Shown: in pieces, positions 47,048-56,174 of the stretch | Position numbering within the stretch: the first letter of the stretch is position 1 | Layout of the letters: the number at the start of each line of letters is the position of its first letter | DNA from: an uncultured virus (IMG/VR IMGVR_UViG_3300027963_005142) | Taxonomy: Duplodnaviria > Heunggongvirae > Uroviricota > Caudoviricetes | Virus record (IMG/VR): IMGVR_UViG_3300027963_005142 | Strand: one strand, 5' to 3' | Length of the DNA: 64,000 bases | Translations under genes and position numbers: made by a program | Notes under the pieces: model-generated | The model's input: the letters and a program-made list of their open reading frames with translations, nothing else | What the model was told of the DNA's origin: nothing | Database searches by the model: none

Positions 47048-47850
47048 TTCTTGGCGATGGAAAAGTAAGTAGAATAATAAGAAAGAAAGGAGATGTTATT
47101 GCATCACACAAAGATTTTGACATCACAGATCAGCGCCAAGTGCTGGACGTTGTGTCTAGATCGAAGGCTGATGTTGTTATCAATGCCGTTGCAAAAACCA
47201 ATCTAGAGTGGTGCCAGGATAACAAGAATGAGTGTTACGAGGTCAATACACAGGGAGTCCTGAACGTCCTAAATGCTTGTTCTGAAAATAGAAAAAAGCT
47301 AGTACATATTAGTAGCGGGTGTCTTTTTGATGGAAACGAGAGAATAACAACAGAGCAGTCACCTGCATCTCCTGCTGTGTGGTATACATGGACCAAGCTC
47401 TGGGCAGATCAGATTATTGAGAACTATGGATATGAAAACTATCTAATTCTTAGACCTAGACAGCTTATTTCTGCAAAGTCTCATCCGGCAAATCTTCTTA
47501 CAAAGTTCTTGTCTATGGAAAAGATTGATGCAATAGATGATGATAATTCAATTACTTGCATTGAAGACTTTGGAGACATGATTGATCACCTCTTGGGAGT
47601 AGATGCAAAGGGAATCTATAACTGTGCTAACTCGGGAGTGGCATCTCCCTATTGGATTGCTAGTGCTCTTCAGCGTACGATTGCAAAGAACTTAGAAGTA
47701 AAAAAGATTAGCTACTCTGATTTCTTGAAGAAGCTTAGAAACAAGAGAGTAAATACTATTCTTGCAACTGACAAGCTTGAATCAACCGGATACGTCAATA
47801 GATCAGCAAAAGATGCAATAATGTGGTGCATTGACAACTACGCTGAGTAG
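47035..47850 (+). CDS. rmlD: dTDP-4-dehydrorhamnose reductase-like
   Basis: DITD, VINAVAKTN, HISS, YxxxK (YTWTK). Confidence 0.75.
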   Translation: MQRLILGDGKVSRIIRKKGDVIASHKDFDITDQRQVLDVVSRSKADVVINAVAKTNLEWCQDNKNECYEVNTQGVLNVLNACSENRKKLVHISSGCLFDGNERITTEQSPASPAVWYTWTKLWADQIIENYGYENYLILRPRQLISAKSHPANLLTKFLSMEKIDAIDDDNSITCIEDFGDMIDHLLGVDAKGIYNCANSGVASPYWIASALQRTIAKNLEVKKISYSDFLKKLRNKRVNTILATDKLESTGYVNRSAKDAIMWCIDNYAE

Positions 47851-47858
47851 ACTTATGC

Positions 47859-48776
47859 ATGAATGTTCTAGTGACGGGCTGCGCAGGATTCATTGGCAGC
47901 CACACAAGTGAAGAGCTACTCAATCGAGGACATGCAGTCTATGGCGTAGATGCTATGAGCTATGCTGCTGACATCAAGAAGATTGACAAGCTGAATAAAT
48001 TTGAGAATTTTCATTTCTATGAGTGCAACATCAACGATGCAGAAAAGCTGAAGTCGCTCGTCGAGATCTCAAAGATCACACACATTATAAACTTTGCTGC
48101 AGAGACGCATGTAGACAACTCCATTAGAGATGTTATTCCTTTCATCTATAGCAACATTCATGGAGTTGCAAATCTTATTGAAATAGCAAGATTGACAGGA
48201 GTTCATCTAGTCCATATTTCAACTGACGAGGTATACGGCGTGCCAGAGCCAGGAGAGATCTTTAGTGAAGATTCTCCTCTCCGTCCAAGAAATCCTTATT
48301 CTGCCACGAAGGCCGCCGCAGATCATCTAATTCTTGCTGCAATTAATACGCATGCAATTTCTGCTCATATCATACGACCATCGAACAACTTTGGTCCAGG
48401 ACAGCATGGTGAAAAGTTTATACCCACAATAATCAGATCATTGAAGAGCGGAAATAAAATCCCAGTTTACGGTGATGGAAAGCAGAAAAGAGAGTGGACT
48501 TACGTTAAAGACACCGCGCTCTCAATTTCAAATTTCTTAAATTCTGTAGACTCTGAAGGTAGAACAATTTTGAACCTAACTTCAGAGTTTCAGATAGAAA
48601 ACATTTCAGTCATACACAAGATATGTGAGATTCTAAAGATTGATCACAAAGACTGTATTGAGCACGTTAGAGATCGTCCAGGTCACGATAGAGAGTATAG
48701 AATTACTAATTCTCTTCTTGAAGAAAAAACAGAATTCTATGATGCATTATCTGAAACACTAAGAGAGGCCAAATGA
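47859..48776 (+). CDS. rmlB: dTDP-glucose 4,6-dehydratase
   Basis: TGCAGFIG, FAAETHVDNSI, STDEVYG, PYSATK, EKFIP, DRPGHD. Confidence 0.92.
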   Translation: MNVLVTGCAGFIGSHTSEELLNRGHAVYGVDAMSYAADIKKIDKLNKFENFHFYECNINDAEKLKSLVEISKITHIINFAAETHVDNSIRDVIPFIYSNIHGVANLIEIARLTGVHLVHISTDEVYGVPEPGEIFSEDSPLRPRNPYSATKAAADHLILAAINTHAISAHIIRPSNNFGPGQHGEKFIPTIIRSLKSGNKIPVYGDGKQKREWTYVKDTALSISNFLNSVDSEGRTILNLTSEFQIENISVIHKICEILKIDHKDCIEHVRDRPGHDREYRITNSLLEEKTEFYDALSETLREAK

Positions 48777-49744
48777 GCATTGGAGTAATTGGACAAGGTT
48801 TTGTTGGAGGAAGTCTTACTACAGTTTTCTCTGAAAGAGGAGAGACTGTGTACGTTTATGACAAGCAAGGAAAGACATCTCAGGGAGGTATTTGCGAATT
48901 TCGCAGAGGAGAAGCTTCAGTAATAAAGCCTGACTCTATCGCGTCTTTTGTTGCTGCATGTGAAGGAACCTCAGGATTTTCAGGCGTCTTCTTTGTATGT
49001 GTTCCAACTCCAATGTACGAAGACGGATCTCCTGACATAACCATTGTTGAGGATGTCTTGTCTTTGATTTCTGTGACGCCCTATGTCTCTGATTCTCCTG
49101 AAAGAATTGCTGTTATTAAGTCGACAGTTCCGCCAGGGTCTACTGAGCGGTGGAACAAGATGTTTAACGATCGAGGTCTTCACGTTGTTTTTAACCCAGA
49201 GTTTCTCACTGAGGCGAATGCTGTGAATGACATGCGAGAGCAGAATCGAATCGTGCTCGGCGGTCCGCGACCCTACATCAACACAGTGCGAAATGTCTTC
49301 CAGCGTGCTTTCCCAAAGGTTCCAATCATCAAGACAAGTGCTACAACTGCTGAGATGGTCAAGTATGTCACAAACTGTCTACTCTCAGTCAAGGTATCCT
49401 TTGCCAACGAGGTTGCACAGATTTGCGAGGCTCTCGATGCTGATGGTCTTAATATCGACTATGACAAGGTCGTTGAGTACGCAAAGTTCGACCGGCGCCT
49501 CGGAGAATCACACTGGTCAGTCCCAGGACCAGTTCCAACACATGACGGCCGCTACGTCAGGGGCTTCGGAGGACACTGCTTCCCGAAGGATATCAACGCT
49601 CTCATGAGTGTTGCTCGACAATATGGCGTTAATCCTGCAGTCATGCAAGCTGCCTGGGATAAGAATCTGGAGATTAGATCTGCAAAAGATAGAGACTGGG
49701 AGCATCAAATAGGAAGAGCAGTAAGCAAGAAGAAGAGTCTTTGA
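48773..49744 (+). CDS. UDP-glucose/GDP-mannose dehydrogenase-like (short phage form)
   Basis: GQGFVG, CVPTP, KSTVPPG, NPEFL, GFGGHCFPKD. Confidence 0.9.
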   Translation: MSIGVIGQGFVGGSLTTVFSERGETVYVYDKQGKTSQGGICEFRRGEASVIKPDSIASFVAACEGTSGFSGVFFVCVPTPMYEDGSPDITIVEDVLSLISVTPYVSDSPERIAVIKSTVPPGSTERWNKMFNDRGLHVVFNPEFLTEANAVNDMREQNRIVLGGPRPYINTVRNVFQRAFPKVPIIKTSATTAEMVKYVTNCLLSVKVSFANEVAQICEALDADGLNIDYDKVVEYAKFDRRLGESHWSVPGPVPTHDGRYVRGFGGHCFPKDINALMSVARQYGVNPAVMQAAWDKNLEIRSAKDRDWEHQIGRAVSKKKSL

Positions 49745-49769
49745 AAAAAAGTAAATCTTTTTGTAGTAT
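49741..49769 (+). promoter_or_regulatory. Sigma70-type promoter (probable leaderless transcript)
   Basis: TTGAAA-17 bp-TAGTAT, ending 6 nt before GTG 49776. Confidence 0.65.
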
Positions 49770-49775
49770 TGTCTT

Positions 49776-50585
49776 GTGAATACATTTCCCACTGGCAAGC
49801 CCCACGTCTCTTACTCTGAGATTCGAAACTGGCATGAGTGCTCCTGGAGGCACAAGCTTCTCTACATCGACAAGATCGATGTGCAGAAGCCAAGCCCTAA
49901 TCTGTACTTCGGAACGCTAGTCCACGCAGAGTGTGAGTCGTATCTTACAAACAGAACATTCGATCTTGACCGACTCGAAGCAGCAATTCGCAAGGTCTGG
50001 ACTGAGAACAGCTTTGAAGACGTCGAAGGCTGGATCAAGAGCGGACGACAAGCTGTTGAAGAGGTTCCTGATTTCCTTGAGACTGAGTTTCCAGGATGGG
50101 AGATCATGGCCGCTGAGCATCCGCTCTATGAGCAGATCGAGAATGAACTTGAGATTAAGTTCAAAGGCTTCGTCGACGGCATGATAAAGTACAAGGACAA
50201 GAAAGGGAATGATCTTCTGGCCATTATTGACTGGAAGACATCAGGCCCAGGAGGTTGGAACGCAGAAAAGCGTCGCGACATGCTGGTCCAGGCACAGCTT
50301 GCTCTCTACAAGATCTTCTGCTCTAAGAAGCTTGAGATTGACCACAAGGAGATTCGCTGCTTCTTCGTTCTTCTAAAGCGTAACGTCAAGAAGGGAAAGT
50401 CATGTGAGATCATCCCGATCTCTGTTGGCCCAAAGACTGTGGAGAAGTCCAACAAGCTTGTCACATCGATGATAAGCGGCGTGAGAACTGGAAGAGCTTT
50501 GAAGAACTTCTCATCTTGCAAATTCTGCGACTATAAAGGAACACCTCACTGCAAAGGATCAGAGAACGTTTACCTTGAGCGGTAG
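49776..50585 (+). CDS. PD-(D/E)XK (Cas4/RecB-like) nuclease
   Basis: SYSEI..W.EC, FGTLVH, GFVD, IIDWKT, QLALY, CKFCDY...C. Confidence 0.88.
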   Translation: MNTFPTGKPHVSYSEIRNWHECSWRHKLLYIDKIDVQKPSPNLYFGTLVHAECESYLTNRTFDLDRLEAAIRKVWTENSFEDVEGWIKSGRQAVEEVPDFLETEFPGWEIMAAEHPLYEQIENELEIKFKGFVDGMIKYKDKKGNDLLAIIDWKTSGPGGWNAEKRRDMLVQAQLALYKIFCSKKLEIDHKEIRCFFVLLKRNVKKGKSCEIIPISVGPKTVEKSNKLVTSMISGVRTGRALKNFSSCKFCDYKGTPHCKGSENVYLER

Positions 50586-50603
50586 ATTGGCGATTATGAT
50601 AGG

Positions 50604-51842
50604 ATGAGCAAGAAAAAGATCATAGTGCTCTCCGACCATGCACTTTCAACGTCAGGAGTCGGAACACAGACGAGACATCTTATTAATGGCCTTGTTGCGA
50701 AGAATAGATGGACCTTTAGGCAGTTTGGCGCTGCAATTAAACACGCTGACTATCGAACTGTTGCTGTCAACGATGACTTCATCATCAAACCAATTGACGG
50801 ATTTGGAAATAGAGACCTAATCAGAGTCACTCTGGCAACAGAGAAGCCTGATGGTCTCTTGATCTTTACAGATCCAAGGTTCTTTACTTGGCTCTTCGAG
50901 GTCGAAGACGAAGTTAGGCAAGTGTGCCCGATAATGTGGTGGCATGTATGGGATAATCATCCGTTTCCAGATTTCAACGACTGGATGTATAGATCGACAG
51001 ATCTAATAAACTGTCATTCTCATCTAACGTACGAGATGGTAAAAGAGCGGTATCCTCAAAAGACTAACTTTGTACCTCATGCCATTCCTTCTGACATATT
51101 CTTTCCAATGAGTGATACGACTCGAAGAATGCACAGAGAGTCAATACTTGGAAGAAAGTCAGATCATTTTGTTGCATTGTGGATCAACAGAAATGCTCGA
51201 AGAAAGCGACCCTCAGATGTTGTTCTTTCTTGGAAGATGTTTATGGATGATCTCAAGAGAAAGCACGGCCACGACAAAGCTGTTCTTATCATGCATACAG
51301 ATCCGCTAGATCAAGAGGGGCCTAATCTTGTCGCTCTCAGGTCGTCTCTTGGTCTCGATGAGAGCATCATGTTCTCTCCGGAGAGGATTGACTTCAACAA
51401 GATCAATATCCTCTATAACATCGCTGACACGACTGTCAACATCTCTTTTGCTGAGGGCTTTGGACTTTCGACTCTTGAGTCAATGCAGGCTGGAACGCCC
51501 GTTATAGCACTCAAGACAGGAGGTCTCACACGACAGGTTGTTGATCACAGAGATGGATCTCACAATGGCGTTGCCCTTGATGTCGAGCTCAAGACGCTTG
51601 TTGGATCTCAGCAGGTTCCTTACATCTATGAGGACTATGTCTCATGTGAGACAGTTGCAAAGTCTTTCATGAAAATGTTTGAACTGAGTGATGTTGAGAA
51701 GAAGGCGCTTTCCAGGAAGGTTCGAGAGTACGTTAAGTCCGAGTTCGATTATGATACTACGGTCGACCTCTGGGACAAGACAATGACAAGAACTTTAGAA
51801 AGCTTTCCTTCTAGGAAGAGCTGGAGGATTTCAAAGGTATGA
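50604..51842 (+). CDS. Glycosyltransferase family 4
   Basis: SGVG, NRNARRK, EGFGLSTLESMQAGTP. Confidence 0.9.
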   Translation: MSKKKIIVLSDHALSTSGVGTQTRHLINGLVAKNRWTFRQFGAAIKHADYRTVAVNDDFIIKPIDGFGNRDLIRVTLATEKPDGLLIFTDPRFFTWLFEVEDEVRQVCPIMWWHVWDNHPFPDFNDWMYRSTDLINCHSHLTYEMVKERYPQKTNFVPHAIPSDIFFPMSDTTRRMHRESILGRKSDHFVALWINRNARRKRPSDVVLSWKMFMDDLKRKHGHDKAVLIMHTDPLDQEGPNLVALRSSLGLDESIMFSPERIDFNKINILYNIADTTVNISFAEGFGLSTLESMQAGTPVIALKTGGLTRQVVDHRDGSHNGVALDVELKTLVGSQQVPYIYEDYVSCETVAKSFMKMFELSDVEKKALSRKVREYVKSEFDYDTTVDLWDKTMTRTLESFPSRKSWRISKV

Positions 51843-52993
51843 AGAAGAAAGTTGTACTGCGGGCACCACTCCTCACAGTCTCTGGATATGGTGAGCACTC
51901 AAGGCAGATCTTTAAGTGGCTCTCTTCTCGACCTGATGTAGAACTATCAGTTCAAACTTTGAACTGGGGAAATACTTCGTGGTACATCAACCCTCAGCTC
52001 GAAGACGGTCTAATCGGTGAGATCATGAAGAGAACCTCCGATAAGAGCACTGGATACGACTACTCTTTCCAGGTCCAGCTTCCAGATGAGTGGGACAGTA
52101 GTATTGCATCTCGAAACATCGGAATAACTGCAGGCGTAGAGACAGATAGATGCCACTCAGTCTGGACAGACAGGATCAAGGACAGAGTTAGCGAGGTCAT
52201 AGTACCATCAGAGTTCACAAAGAAGACGTTTGTGAACACAGATCCTTCGATCTCAGAAAAGATATTTGTAGTCCCCGAAGCACTCTCCATCGACCCGAGT
52301 CTAGAATGTGAAGACTTCTTATCAGAAGTAAAGACAAAGAATAACTTTTTAGTTATAAGTCAGCTCACTGCCGTTGATAGGTCTCAGGATAGAAAGTGCA
52401 TCGCTGACACACTTGAAGTGATATCAAAGTGCATTAAAGACAAGCCTGATTGGGGCGTGATTATCAAAACAAACGTTGGAAGAGGAACTGAGAAAGATCA
52501 CCTTGAGACCCTTCACATTCTTGGCCAGTTTAAGGGACTAAAAGGAAAGACGCATCTTCTTCATGGAATTCTAAGTTCAAAACAGATGCTCGGTGTTTAC
52601 AAGAGCCCCAAGATCAGAGCTTTTGCTACTCTGACTCGCGGCGAAGGATTTGGTTTGCCAATCCTGGAAGCTGCTTCTTGTGATATCCCTGTTTTTGCAA
52701 CTGGGTGGTCAGCTCATAGCGAGTTTTTATCTCTTGGAAAGTACGGAAAAGTAAGCTGCACACTTGTTCCGATTCCAGAGACAAAAGAAGATCCAAGAAT
52801 ATTCATGAAGGGATCGATGTGGGCTCATCCCGACAAGATTGATTTTGAGAAGAAGATAAATAAGTTCATCCAAAGCCCAGAGGTTCCAAAGCAGTGGGCT
52901 AGAGAGCTAGGTGAGAAGTTAAGATCTCAGTATTCCCAACAAGAGATTGAAAAGAAGCTTAATAATTTTGCATCTGAGAGGCTTGGATGGTAA
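51839..52993 (+). CDS. Glycosyltransferase family 4
   Basis: SGYG, GEGFGLPILEAASCDIPV. Confidence 0.9.
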   Translation: MKKKVVLRAPLLTVSGYGEHSRQIFKWLSSRPDVELSVQTLNWGNTSWYINPQLEDGLIGEIMKRTSDKSTGYDYSFQVQLPDEWDSSIASRNIGITAGVETDRCHSVWTDRIKDRVSEVIVPSEFTKKTFVNTDPSISEKIFVVPEALSIDPSLECEDFLSEVKTKNNFLVISQLTAVDRSQDRKCIADTLEVISKCIKDKPDWGVIIKTNVGRGTEKDHLETLHILGQFKGLKGKTHLLHGILSSKQMLGVYKSPKIRAFATLTRGEGFGLPILEAASCDIPVFATGWSAHSEFLSLGKYGKVSCTLVPIPETKEDPRIFMKGSMWAHPDKIDFEKKINKFIQSPEVPKQWARELGEKLRSQYSQQEIEKKLNNFASERLGW

Positions 52994-53313
52994 TATTTCT
53001 CTGCATCTGGTCTCTGATCTCTACAGCCTTGCTCGTTTTTTCTGCTTTCTATTGCTTAAAATTTGCAAAAATTATTCTATCTCTCGAAGAGAAGATTGAA
53101 GAAGCACTTGACATTCTCGACACCAAGTACAAATCTCTATCGGAGATAGCTGAGAAGCCTATTTTCTTTGATTCTGTTGAAATCAGACAGGTGATCTTCG
53201 AGATTAACTCTGCCAGGCAGATGATCCTCTACATCGCAAACAACCTTTCAAATCTGGAGTCTCTCGACCTTGACACCTTCAAGTCAGCCGAAAAAGAAGA
53301 AATCGGGGAATAG
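52987..53313 (+). CDS. Small protein with an N-terminal transmembrane helix and coiled coil
   Basis: Hydrophobic first ~25 aa. Confidence 0.65.
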   Translation: MVIFLCIWSLISTALLVFSAFYCLKFAKIILSLEEKIEEALDILDTKYKSLSEIAEKPIFFDSVEIRQVIFEINSARQMILYIANNLSNLESLDLDTFKSAEKEEIGE

Positions 53314-53992
53314 CTTAAAGCTGTACTTCCACGCTGGGACTCACGATGCAATCGTAAAGTTTCAAACTGAGGGTGATCCTAGGACTAGAGAGATCATCTA
53401 CATCTCAGAGATTCTGCCTGCCTTTGAGAAACTTGTTGAGAATCTGTTCTTCATACACAGTTTCTCTGCTGGTCTGCCTGTTACAGATGACATAAAGACA
53501 GACTGCATCACGTTTCTCTATGAAACTCTTAAGAAGTTTGACGCTTCAAGAGGGTCAAAGGCGTTCTCGTATTTCAACGTTGTCGCAAAAAACTGGATCA
53601 TTGTTAAGACTCGCCAGCGAGCTAAGAACAATAGGAAGCACGTCAACATAGACGACAAGAATGCTGTCTCTGAGACCGAGATGTATGAGTTCGATCCGTC
53701 GCTCCAGAAGGCGGACCAGCTAGAGATTCTTTCAAAATCAGAACTCTCTCAAAACATAAGAAACGTCCTGCAGCAGATTAGATCTCGACTTGTTCATGAT
53801 CACGAGATCGTATGTCTCGACGCAATTCAGCAGCTCTTTGATCAAGCTGAAGATATTGACATCTTCAATAAGCGTGCAATATTTGTCTACGTTCGGGACA
53901 TGACCAACGTCACGCAGAAGCAGCTATCGTCTGCTGTCTCTATTATTAAGAAGCACTATAGAGACATAGTTTCAAAGGGAGGACTGTCTTGA
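53270..53992 (+). CDS. Phage sigma factor, T4 gp55-like (late transcription)
   Basis: Region-2-like KKFDASRGSKAFSYFNVVAKN resembles the gp55 FD...FAYFT segment. Confidence 0.65.
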   Translation: MTPSSQPKKKKSGNSLKLYFHAGTHDAIVKFQTEGDPRTREIIYISEILPAFEKLVENLFFIHSFSAGLPVTDDIKTDCITFLYETLKKFDASRGSKAFSYFNVVAKNWIIVKTRQRAKNNRKHVNIDDKNAVSETEMYEFDPSLQKADQLEILSKSELSQNIRNVLQQIRSRLVHDHEIVCLDAIQQLFDQAEDIDIFNKRAIFVYVRDMTNVTQKQLSSAVSIIKKHYRDIVSKGGLS

Positions 53993-54366
53993 TGGCAAAA
54001 AAAGACCTAACAGATGTTGCAAAATCGCTCGAAGCACTTGACAAGAAAGATCGCAAGATTCTTGGATTTAGACAGCTTCTTGAGTCAATTGAGACGATAG
54101 ACGAGAAGAAGAAGACTCTCTGGAAGGAGATCTACGAGAACGCTCTTCAAGACAGAGAGTCAGCTTCAGTGCTTTTTACAGATGTCTGGATGCAGATTAG
54201 AGGCAATGCTGCAAATCACAACTTGCTCGGACCTGTTGCTGCCAAGTACATCGAGAGGATGAGCAGAGCAAACGATCAGATCATAAAACTCGCGGAGATG
54301 ATCACCGCCGAGGACAATAAGTCGATCAACACTGACGACGTCTTTAGCATGATAGGTGGTAACTAG
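53992..54366 (+). CDS. Helical phage hypothetical protein (possibly terminase small subunit-like)
   Basis: Size and helical pattern only. Confidence 0.4.
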   Translation: MAKKDLTDVAKSLEALDKKDRKILGFRQLLESIETIDEKKKTLWKEIYENALQDRESASVLFTDVWMQIRGNAANHNLLGPVAAKYIERMSRANDQIIKLAEMITAEDNKSINTDDVFSMIGGN

Positions 54367-55664
54367 TGGCAGATAGAGCGATAGAGGAGATTGTCTACGA
54401 GATCATGAGAGACATGACTCTCTTTAGATCTGTTGTTGTCACGGACTACCTAGAGAATCCTCAGGGCCTGACAAGTGAACAACTCCAGATCCTCGAAGGG
54501 ACGTCTACGTTTCCTGCATCGATGATCAAGAAGTCACCTCGAGGTACTGTCATCGGTCAAGAAGACAACAATCCGAGGCGCTTATACTATCCTTTCTTTT
54601 CTAGTCACATCTCACTTCCTGTCAAGCCTTCGGAAAAAGTTTGGGCTTTTGAGACCAAAGAGGGAATATCTTACTGGCTTTCTAGGAAAGTCTCAGATTT
54701 TGGGTACGAAGACGCGTGTTTCACACGAACTTCAAACTCCAACGTGGCTCAAATTCCTACATCTTCACCGTCTCCTTCGACAGCTTTTCTAGGAAGTCAA
54801 TCTACTGATTTAACCGGTAGACAGACACAGTCCATGGGTCTTCCTGACGATCTTACGCAGAATAATCTGCCTGCAGGACTGACCTACAATCAGATAGAAT
54901 CTCAGGCCGTGGCATCCAAAGATGTCGTTCTTGAGCCAGTTCCTGTTGTACCATCGCTCTGTAATGAGCTCACTTTACAAGGTAGCAACAACGCTGTTGT
55001 AACTCTTGGAACAGGATTTGACGGCTCGAGAGATGCAAATCATGGATTTGTCGATATCTCTACTGGGCGAGGCCGAGGTGGCACTGATCTAAACAGCGTC
55101 TTTGTTACCACAGACTCGAGAACCAACAGAGAGATCGCAAGTAGAGAGAACTTAAATCCAAGAGAAGGATCTGTCGACGTCTCAACAGACGCAAGTAGAA
55201 TACTTGTAACAACTCAGGTAGACCCTGACGGTCTCTTTTCATTGTCTCTACCTTCTGGAACAGTTGCAAGTTCACAGTCTCCCAGTATCGTCCAGAAGTC
55301 AGACAAGATACGGATCATTGCTAGGCAGGACGTTGCCATCACAGTCGAGGGATCGTCGGGAGCATCTGTTGTGGTAAACAGCAACGGTGACATCTACTTA
55401 ACACCGTCAGCATCTGGCAAGGTGTATCTAAGCGGCCCTGAGAGTGATCAGGCTTATTTGCGGTATGATGACCTTAGAGAAGTAGTCAATGGAATTGAAG
55501 GAATTCTTAATTCGTTAATCGCGTCAATTAATCTGATAACTCAGGCGACTCCTGGAGCTACAGCGATCGCCACCCCCGACATCGCCGGCGCGATTGTTGA
55601 TGATTTTACTAAAATTGAAAATGCAATGATCTCAATCAAGTCTGAAAAGATTCTCGGTAGCTAG
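54366..55664 (+). CDS. Putative baseplate hub/spike protein (gp5/VgrG-like)
   Basis: OB-fold-like YPF...PVKPSEKVW...YW; LTLQGSNN; KSDKIRIIAR beta-repeats; located before gp25. Confidence 0.6.
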   Translation: MADRAIEEIVYEIMRDMTLFRSVVVTDYLENPQGLTSEQLQILEGTSTFPASMIKKSPRGTVIGQEDNNPRRLYYPFFSSHISLPVKPSEKVWAFETKEGISYWLSRKVSDFGYEDACFTRTSNSNVAQIPTSSPSPSTAFLGSQSTDLTGRQTQSMGLPDDLTQNNLPAGLTYNQIESQAVASKDVVLEPVPVVPSLCNELTLQGSNNAVVTLGTGFDGSRDANHGFVDISTGRGRGGTDLNSVFVTTDSRTNREIASRENLNPREGSVDVSTDASRILVTTQVDPDGLFSLSLPSGTVASSQSPSIVQKSDKIRIIARQDVAITVEGSSGASVVVNSNGDIYLTPSASGKVYLSGPESDQAYLRYDDLREVVNGIEGILNSLIASINLITQATPGATAIATPDIAGAIVDDFTKIENAMISIKSEKILGS

Positions 55665-55676
55665 TTCGACTCCAAC

Positions 55677-56174
55677 TTGACTAGTCCCATAAGTAACACA
55701 GTGGCTAGAAACTTTAGGTCAACTGGTCGGCAGTTCTCAGTACCGCCGCCCGCAAGCTTCCAGGTCCCAATCATTCCGGTTGGTATCAAGACTCCGATGA
55801 GCTTCGGAGGAAACAGCGTATCAACTCCCTTTGAGATGAACACTAAGCTCGAAGACCAGATCGGAGACAACCTTAAAAACCTGATCTTGTCTAACCACGG
55901 CGAGCGGCTCGGTCTCTACGACTTTGGTGCAAACCTACAGGAGCTTCTAACAGAGGCGATTCCAACAGAGAACTTAGTTCAGGCAGTCGAAGACAGGATC
56001 AAGAGAGCTGTATCAAAGTTTATGCCCGGTCTAGAGCTTAACAGTGTCTCTATGATCACCAATAGATCTCCTGCAAAAGCTCTGGCATCTTTTAGCTTTG
56101 TAGTCGCGTACTCATACAGTCAAGCTGGAATTAGTAATAGAAAAATACAGATCAATCTTACGGTGGCAGGATGA
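55677..56174 (+). CDS. Baseplate wedge gp25/GPW-like protein
   Basis: QIGDNLKNLILSNHGERLGLYDFGANL. Confidence 0.88.
   Translation: MTSPISNTVARNFRSTGRQFSVPPPASFQVPIIPVGIKTPMSFGGNSVSTPFEMNTKLEDQIGDNLKNLILSNHGERLGLYDFGANLQELLTEAIPTENLVQAVEDRIKRAVSKFMPGLELNSVSMITNRSPAKALASFSFVVAYSYSQAGISNRKIQINLTVAG

Noticed and set aside
21155..49744. Bacterial LPS/capsule locus, i.e. a bacterial chromosome
   Set aside because: No wzx/wzy/ABC export or housekeeping genes; contiguous with baseplate, gp55-like and other phage genes
49776..50585. Cas4 as part of a CRISPR system
   Set aside because: Stand-alone PD-(D/E)XK nuclease of a type common in phages; no cas1/cas2 or array nearby
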